Source: Lama guanicoe (lineage: Eukaryota). Taken from it: 64,000 bases of DNA. The DNA is taken from positions 4,936,724 to 5,000,723 of the forward strand of contig MU054338.1 in assembly GCA_013239625.1 (NCBI GenBank), written 5' to 3'. Made by a program: the position numbers and the translations under genes. The notes below the pieces were generated by a model that was not told where the DNA came from, did no database searches, and saw only the letters and a program-made list of their open reading frames with translations. Of this stretch, positions 55,981 through 64,000 are shown one piece after another. How positions within the stretch are numbered: the first letter of the stretch is position 1; each line of letters starts with the position of its first letter.

Positions 55981-57054
55981 TATAGCTTAGTGGTAAAATG
56001 ATAAAAATGCTAAGTATGCACTCTACCACTGAGCTATACTCCTGCCCCCCAAGCTGTCTTTTTTTTTTTTGCCCCCTGGGGGGAGGGTTTACTTATTTAT
56101 TTATTTAATCTGACTCCCTCACTTGTGCCTCCCCACACACATACCCTGGGGACTGCTTTCCCCAAGGTCACTGTTGAACACTATGTCCTTGTATCTCCTG
56201 GGACTGCCCACTCCTTCCCCCACAGGCCCTCCACGCCAACCCTGAGCACTGGGGATCTCTTTCACCTTCCGGAAGCCCTCACCTGCCCTGCCTGGGTTTT
56301 GTTTTCCTCAGGGCTTCAATTTCTCTGACTCCCACCACCCAGGCATCTCCAGCCCTGACCGTGACCCTTGAAGGGCTCCCACGGGGCCATCAAAAGACCC
56401 CAGAGTTTGAGAGTGATCTACTTTTTCCAGTGTGTCCCTCAGCTGGGGTTGGCAGGGGTGGGTGGGCAGAGCCATGAGTTCAGAGGCTGCTGCAGAACCT
56501 TCATTTGGACTGAGTCCCCAGCAGTCTTCACAGCCCCCTTCTCTCTGTACCTTTTCCTCCAATCACCTTGGACTTTGTTTGTGTTTGTTTGTTTGTTTGT
56601 TTTTTCCTGTGGGGCAGGGAGCGGAGGTCATTACGTTTATTTATTTATTTTGATGGAGGAACCCAGGACTTCATGCCAGCTAAGCACGAGCTTTACCCTC
56701 CTGGCTGTTTGTTGTTGTTGTTTTGTTGCTTGTTAAAACACTGCCTCACTTCTGTCTGCCTGCAGACCTCCTCTTATCAGAGAGAGGGAAAGAAAGGAAT
56801 GAAGAGGACAGAAAATTTCTTCCCATCAAGGACACGCACAGGACAGAAGGCACACTTGAGATAACCCCCCTCTCTTGACCTACATCAATACGGAGTGTGT
56901 GTGCCTGAGTGTGTGTGTGAGGGTGTGCCTGCACAACACTTGTGTTCGTGAGTGTGACTGTGTGGGTAATTATTGAGTATATTGGTAGAAGTCCAAGTAT
57001 ATATTTACAGATATTTATTTAGTATTTATATGTGGGTCCCATTGCATGTGTTTA

Positions 57055-57800
57055 TTACAGACAAATTTTTAGAGCAGTTTTAGGCCCACAGCAAAGTTGA
57101 GCAGAGAGGTGAGGGTATAGCTCAGTGGTAGAGTGCATGCTTAGCATGCATGAGGTCCTGGGTTCAATCCCCAGTACCTCTATCCAAATAAATAAATAAA
57201 TAAATAAATAAATAAACCTAAGTACCCCCCCAAAAAAAACAAAAAAAATTGAGCATAAAATACAGAGATGTCCCAGAGACCCCTTGCCCCCGTACATGCA
57301 GGCCTCTGCCACTGTCAACGTCCTCCAGCAGAGTGGCACTTTCGTTACAATGGATGGGCCTGCAATGACACATCATTATCACTCAGAGTCCATAGTTGAC
57401 ATTAGAGTTCATTCATACATTCTGTGGGTTTGGACAAATGTATAATGAGTGTATCCACAATTATAGTATCTTACAGGGTGTTTTCACTGTCCTAAAAATC
57501 GTCTGTGCTCCACCTGTTCATCCTTCCTTCCCTTCTAACCCCTGGCAACACCGATCTTTTGACTTTCTCCACAGTTTTGCCTTCTCTGAAATGGCATAGA
57601 GTTGGAATCAGGCAGTATGTACGTAGCCTTTTCAGACTGGCTTCTCCCACTTAGTAACGCGCATGTTAAAAAGTTCCTCCATCTGTTTTCCTAGCCTGAA
57701 AGCTCATTTCTCTTCCGCACCGAATAATATCTCATTGTCTGAATGTCTCAGAGTTAATGTATCCATTCACCTGCTGCAGGACATCTTAGTGGCTTCCAAC
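57055..57800 (-). mobile_element. L1MC-like 3' end interrupted by a + strand Vic-1-like SINE (about 57108-57245)
   Basis: tttttagagcagttttagg..cacagcaaagttgagcag [SINE] aaattgagcataaaatacagaga...; duplicated aaa(g/a)ttgagca flanks the SINE. Confidence 0.75.
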
Positions 57801-58356
57801 TCCCACTGTGTTTCTGTGCAAGGGAGGAAAGGGGCCAAATTGCCCCTTCGGGACTATGGTACATTTGCAGAGACACATGGGGCATTACTCATGGTGATAT
57901 GTAGAACATCATGAACTTCTGCCCTCCTTCACGTCCCTCCGGGACCTGAAACTCAACCTGTCCAAGATGAAACTCATCATCCTCCCCTCCCTCACCCAAC
58001 CTGGCCCCTCATCTCACGTCCGCATCTCGGCATATGACTCCACCATCTACCCAGTTGCGAAAGGCAGAGATCTGGGCACCTCCTAAAACCCCTCCCTTCC
58101 TCTCCTGGCCTCCTACTCCCATCAGTCAGCAAGTCCTGTCAATTCTCTCTCCCCAGCACATTCTGAACCCTTGCTCTCTTGTCCCCAAAGCACACACTAG
58201 GATGGGCCTCCTAAGCCCAGCTTCCAGGGTCCACCTGGCACCAGTAGGATTGTCTTAGAGATCCCAAGCCCCTCAAGGCAGCCCTGAGGTTCGCAGACAC
58301 CCTTAGGTCTTTCTGGGCCAAGTTTCCAGATCTGACTTCGTCACCTGCACTCATGC

Positions 58357-58582
58357 ATGGTTTTCAACAGGAGAGTGATTGATTTCAGCCAACCGGGGGA
58401 CATTTGGCAGTGTTCAGAGACGTCTTTGGTTGTCACAATTGGATGGGTGGCTGCTACTGGCATCTAGTCAGTAGAGATCAGGGATGCTGGTCAGCACCCT
58501 ACAATGTGCAGGACAGCGTCCTCCCAGCAAAGGATGACCTGTCCCCCAACGTCAATAGAGCCCAGGGTGAGAAACACTGTTC
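58357..58582 (-). mobile_element. MER20
   Basis: gggggacatttggcagtgttcagagacgtctttggttgtcacaa...tgctactggcatctagtcagtagagatcagggatgct...gtgagaaacactg. Confidence 0.8.
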
Positions 58583-61500
58583 TAGAACGACTCAAATCGA
58601 TCCACAGACCAGCGCTGGTCCTGGAACTGCTGATTACAGGTCCAAATGAGAGAGCAAAGAAAATAATAGTGTTTAGAAACTTTATGGTAACTGGACATTG
58701 TCATTTTATAGACTATGGGCTTATGTTTTGTGTGTTTTGTAAATTCTTTTTTTTTACTAATAGACTTTCCTAGAACAATTTTAAATTTACAGAAAACTTG
58801 AGCAAATAGTACAGACAGTTTCCTATACTCCCTCTCCCAACACACACACATGTAGAGTCTGGGACATTTGCTACAATCAATAAACCAACATTGATACATT
58901 GACACCATATTTATTGTTAATTAAAGTCTATCCTTGGTTCATATTTCTCCAAGTTTCCCCTAATGACCTTTTTCTGACTCAGGATTCCAGATGATATTTA
59001 GTTGTCATGTCCCTTTGGGATTCTCTTGGCTGGGACCGTTTCTTGAGTGTCCCTCGTCTTTGATGACAGTTTTGAGGCGTACAGTCATGTACGCAAGAGG
59101 ATGCCTCTCTCTATCGGCATTTCCCTCATCTTTAGACTAGGGTTATGGCTTTAGGGGGAGAAAGATCATAGAGGCAAAGTACCATTTGCATCACATCATC
59201 TCAAGAGCACATACTAGCAACCTAGTTATGACTGTTGGTGTCGACCTTGGTCGCCTAGCCAGGTGACACGATGGGTTTGTCAGGTTTCTCCACTGAAAAG
59301 TTACTCTTTTTTTCCCCTTCTTTGGGAAGGAACTCACCTCGTGCCACTCCACCCTTCCCTAGGGGGTGGAGGGCCTGCATAAATTATCTGGAATCCTTTC
59401 CCATCTGTCCTTCATTTGTTAATGTATTCGGTCATTTCTTTGCATAAGTGTGAACTCACGGGTATTTACGTTATCCCTGGGGTCATACTCTGATACTATA
59501 CTAATTTTGTTTCTCAGATTGCTCCAGCTTTGGCCGTGGAAGCTCTTTGAGTTGGCTCCTGTCGACCAAGGAATGACCTACCCCCATTGCCGTCTCATTC
59601 TGTCACTATGCATGTCTTTTTCAATTTTATTTCCCTAGAAATTCATTCTTTTATTGCGTTTTATGAACAAAAAAAATTGGTCTGCACTGGAGAGATTTTG
59701 AGAAGCACTCTAAGACCTTCCAGCATCTTCCTCTACATGCCTCACTGACACCCCAGCTACAGTGATCTTCCCGGCTTGTGGCTGCCCGAGGGCCTTTGCA
59801 GCTCTCCGCGCCTGGAATGCGCTTCCTCCACCTGTCCCATTTTACCATTCCTGTCTCTATCCCATCTCCCTCTCCTAAAAAAAGTCTCTCTGTCCCAAGC
59901 TAAAGCAGCCTCCAGGCTGGTTATCACTGGCACACTTGCTTTGTTTTATTGCGTTCCCAATATTTTGTCCCTTGCTGAAATGGTCTCTTTGATGTATTTG
60001 TTATTGCCTCTAAATTCAAGTGTCATGAGGACAGGGGCAGCCCTTGGCAGGTACAATACTATTTTGTTTTGTTTTGAAATTATTTTGAAATATTTCAGCA
60101 ATGTTTCCCTGAGGTCCCTGGGGATCTGATAATAATCTCCCTCTACTCTGCCCAAACTTCAGAAGGGTCAACATGGGCTACTGTTTGGGTGAGGAGGACA
60201 AAAACAGTGGCCATACCTGAATCCTATCACCACAGTTTGCTATGGGCTGGAGGTACAGAGAGGGGACCCTGACCTTCCTCCTCTGCTCCAAGATCCCCAC
60301 AACTAAGGCCTCACCCAAGTCATAGATATTTAGAGAACTTAGGCCAGTCAGGGTGGACCCTGGGTCCAGGTGACTTGGGCTCAAAACTTCCTTCCATTCT
60401 CTTTGTCATGTGACTTCTGGACTCTCAGTCTCAGTTTTTTCCATCTGTAGCATGGGTATAAGACTCATGCTGCTAGGTTTTTGGGAGGATTAAAGGAGAT
60501 TGTGCTGGGCACATAACACTCTCAAGAATTGTTACTTGTTAGTATGATCCCCAAAGTGCACACATATGCAGAATTTGGCTGATGATTTGGGGGGGTGCAG
60601 TTCACACAAACTGCCAAACCTAGTCCTGAACCTTTGACTTATAAACCCTTTAAATCATCCTCACCCCCACCTTAATAACCAGGGCCTATCTAATGAGTTA
60701 GGAGGCGTGTGAGCAAGGCCCCAGGTGAGTGAGGAGGCGGGAGGCAAAGACATGGGCAGGATCGGAGGGGGCTGGTGGGGGCAGGGGGGCTGCCCTGTGC
60801 ACACAGGGGAGCCAGTGTGTCTGGAGTTAGCCGGGCAGCAGGAACAGGCCCCCGGGGGTAGGTAGGACCTTGATTCCAGCAGGCGTGGGAGGGGCGGTCC
60901 AGCCCAGCCAGGCGTTCCGGTCCGCCTAGTGTGGGGGCTGGGCTCCGGGAGGCCCTGGGCGCCCGTGGCGGGGGCATTGCGCCCAGGTCTGACGCCGCCA
61001 CCGTCGCTGGAAGCCCCCAGGCCCTCCCGAGGTGGGAAGCCTGAGCGTGCATGGTCACAGTGTGTTTCCCGGGAGAGTGCGCCAGCAAGCGGCCGGCATT
61101 GCCTTCACCCATGTTTGTCCTTGGGGTCCACAAAGGTCATGAGAAGCTTCCCAGTAAAATAAACGCACGTGTGTGCCGGCAGGACCCGCCACGCTCCCAG
61201 GAAGCCACGCCCTTCCCCGCTGGGACTCCTCCTTATGCCGGGAGTCCCAGATCCCCGGGCAGTGCCAAAGATGGGGAAACGCAAACCCAGTGGGAAAAGG
61301 ACTTGTGCAGGTCTTTCAGAGGGACCAGGACAGAGGCCCAGGCACATGCACTACACACAACCACACGTGCGCTCAAATACATCCACACTGGCCCCTTTGT
61401 GCGGGCGCCCACACCCACTCTTGCACGGGCACATCCAGACAGGAGGGCCCACGCCCCAGCTCCCCTCCCTAAGGCACACCCACCCCCTGCCCGGCACATG

Positions 61501-61654
61501 CTCTGGACCAGGAGACCCACACCTCCGACACACCTGTGCAATGCGTGTTAAGGGGACCAGGGATTTCTACAAAGGATGAGCTCAGGGACCACCATGGTGG
61601 GGAGGGGTGGTCTCAGGAACCTGACACGCTGTAGTGCTTTCATATCTCATAGAA

Positions 61655-62178
61655 TTTTTTTTTATGGAGGTATAGTCAGTTTACAGTGCTGTGTCAATTT
61701 CTGGTGTACAGCATAATGTTTCAGTCATACATGTACACAAATATATTCCTTTTCATATTCTTAATTATAGGTTACTATAGGGTATTGAATATAGTTCCCT
61801 GTGCTGTACAGTAGAAACTTATCTATTTTATATATAACAGTATCTGCAAATCTCAAACTCCCAATTTATCCCTTTCCACCCACTTCCCGCTCTGGTAACC
61901 GTAAGTTTGTTTTTTATGTCTGTAAGTCTGTTTCTGTTTTGTAAATACATTCATTTGTGTCATATTTTTTAGATTCCACATGTAAATGATGTCATATGGT
62001 ATTTTTCTTTCTCTTTCTGGCTTACTTCACTTAGTATGACGATCTCTGGATCCACCCATGTTGCTGCAAATGGCATTATTTTATTCTTCTTTATGGCTAA
62101 GTAGTATTCCAGTGTATATATACACCACATCTTTTTTATCCAGTCATCTGTCAGTGGACATTGATGTTGTTTTCATGT
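61655..62178 (-). mobile_element. Young 5'-truncated L1 3' end with target-site duplication
   Basis: Same family as 31840 and 53020; flanked by tttcatatctcatagaatttt and tttcatgtctcataggatttt. Confidence 0.8.
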
Positions 62179-62219
62179 CTCATAGGATTTTATATAATCA
62201 AGAAAACACTGTTTGTTCT

Positions 62220-63545
62220 GTGTGTGTGTGTGTTTGTGTAGTTGTCAATGCACAAATTCACTTACTTATATTCCCTTACATGGAATTCACTCACCAGGTC
62301 TCACTAACATATGACACTCTAGATGCACACAAATACCTAGCTTTACACACCCACAAACACAAACACTAGTGCATTCACAGTTACACACAGCTGAGGGGCA
62401 CACAGCAGATGTTTTGACAAAAGCACTGCAGAACACACAAGCAAATATTAAACAAATACCCATAAATTGGGGCTCATTTACAAATATACCCAATAACACC
62501 CACACAATTGCACTCGTGTACACAAAGCTGTGCTCATACACACAAAATATATTCACACACACACCTCCTTGTCCACATACACAATCAGAATCGATATATC
62601 ACACACACACAGAGATTTGCTCATACAGATAAGCAGTTCCCAGGTAAATATGCACGCTTGCTCTCTCACAAGTGCATCCAGAAATGTGTTCTTACACAAC
62701 CATACCCACTTCTGTGGTTTCCACACCCTGCCACACCACTTTAGGTTCATATCATTCACTCAAAGGCAGTCACCCACAAATACACTCACACGTAAATACA
62801 CATATATGCACAAAACACCTTCCAAAATGGCTCACACCCATGTGCACACAACCACACTCATATATACCAGTGCACCTGGACAGAAGTACGACCCCACCTG
62901 CACACAGTTGGAGCTCTGCCCCAACAAATTCTGTTGATACCACCAACGCACACGCAGACATTGGCAAATATACCCAGTAACAGCCATTCAACCACACTCA
63001 TGGATACAAGCAGTCACGCTCCTGCATACACACTCCCAGTTTCTCTCACTTACTCCTTCATCGACATTAATCATGCCCAGATACAAAACACAAGTACGTT
63101 TAGATGCTCACAAATACGCACACTCACAAATGCACTAACAAAACGCAGTTAGACACGCACCACTCCTATAACCTCAGGACGATGACACCTATACAATACA
63201 GCTCCCTGTACACACAACACACATCAAAAACAAGGGCACACACCACGCGGTCACGCTCTCACAGATACGCCCACGCAGACACCCTCAAATACACTCCTTC
63301 ACCACCCAAACACGTCCAGAGACGCGCGCATTGATAAGAATACAGACACGCGTTCTTGTACGCTCATAAGACACAATCAGAAACAGGTGCACCCGCGTGC
63401 ACGCTGCCTCCAGGCCGGGAATGACCGGCTCACACTCACATCGAAGGAGGCACACTCGGGCAGGCGCACACTCCCGCAAGCGGAGGCTCCCTCATCCTCC
63501 CCGGTGCGCGCGCGCACACGCGCACACACGCACGCGCGCACACAC
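62220..63545. repeat. Long CA-rich low-complexity tract upstream of CAMSAP3
   Basis: Dense acac/cacac motifs; the His/Thr-rich ORFs here are compositional artefacts. Confidence 0.7.
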
Positions 63546-64000
63546 ATGCCTCCGCAGCCTTCCCCGCCACCACCGCAGTCTGGGCCCGCCCCACCCTGCG
63601 GCGAGGGGAGAGGCGAGGCGAGGGGACCGGGTCGGGGGCCAGGGCCGGGGGCGGGGCGCACCTGGGCTCCGCCCCGGGGCGGGACCGACGCTGCGTCGTG
63701 AGCGCGAGCGGCCGCACCTGGCTCTGCGGCGGCGGCGGCGGCGTTGGTGGCGGCGGCGGCGGGCCCGGTCCGGGTGCGAGCGCGGCGCAGCCCAGCCCGA
63801 GAGAGCGCGGAGCCGGCGCCCGCAGCCCCGGCGCCGCCATGGTGGAGGCGGCGCCCCCCGGGCCCGGGCCGCTGCGGAGGACCTTCCTGGTGCCTGAGAT
63901 CAAGTCCCTGGACCAGTACGATTTCTCGCGGGCCAAGGCGGCAGCTAGCCTGGCGTGGGTGCTGCGGACCGCGTTCGGGGGCGCAGGTACCGGGCCGAGG
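63380..64000 (+). promoter_or_regulatory. CAMSAP3 CpG-island promoter / 5' UTR with (GGC)n
   Basis: CpG-dense, several GGGGCGGG boxes, gcggcggcgg runs at about 63726-63762. Confidence 0.8.
63839..63986 (+). CDS. CAMSAP3: CAMSAP3 first coding exon (gene continues beyond the window)
   Basis: gccgccATGG Kozak; MVEAAPPGPGPLRRTFLVPEIKSLDQYDFSRAKAAASLAWVLRTAFGGA; donor CAG|GTACCG at 63987; synteny after PNPLA6. Confidence 0.93.

Noticed and set aside
62058..63334. His/Thr-rich ORFs
   Set aside because: Translation of CA-rich low-complexity DNA.

Overview
GC-rich mammalian genomic DNA, probably camelid (inferred from many copies of a short Vic-1-like tRNA-derived SINE). It carries the gene order known from human 19p13.2, all on the + strand. 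In order: the last five coding exons of SAXO5/TEX45 (C19orf45); ZNF358 (single coding exon, 9 C2H2 fingers); complete MCOLN1 (14 coding exons, 580 aa); complete PNPLA6/NTE (33 coding exons, 1326-1327 aa); about 20 kb of repeat-rich intergenic DNA; and the first coding exon of CAMSAP3. A 95-nt assembly gap lies at 7612-7706. Most striking: PNPLA6 has a tandemly duplicated 117-nt exon in the patatin domain (39333-39449 vs canonical 39536-39652). The extra copy has intact splice sites and the same phase, but encodes DGC in place of the catalytic DGG motif. The 86-nt intron between the copies has a branch-point geometry that suggests sterically enforced mutually exclusive splicing. Other notable items: an intronic cluster of ZNF143-type motifs in PNPLA6, an inverted pair of RE1/REST sites, and an apparently L1-mobilised LTR-like fragment. 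Gene and repeat names come from my recall of the families, not from database searches. Repeat boundaries are approximate.
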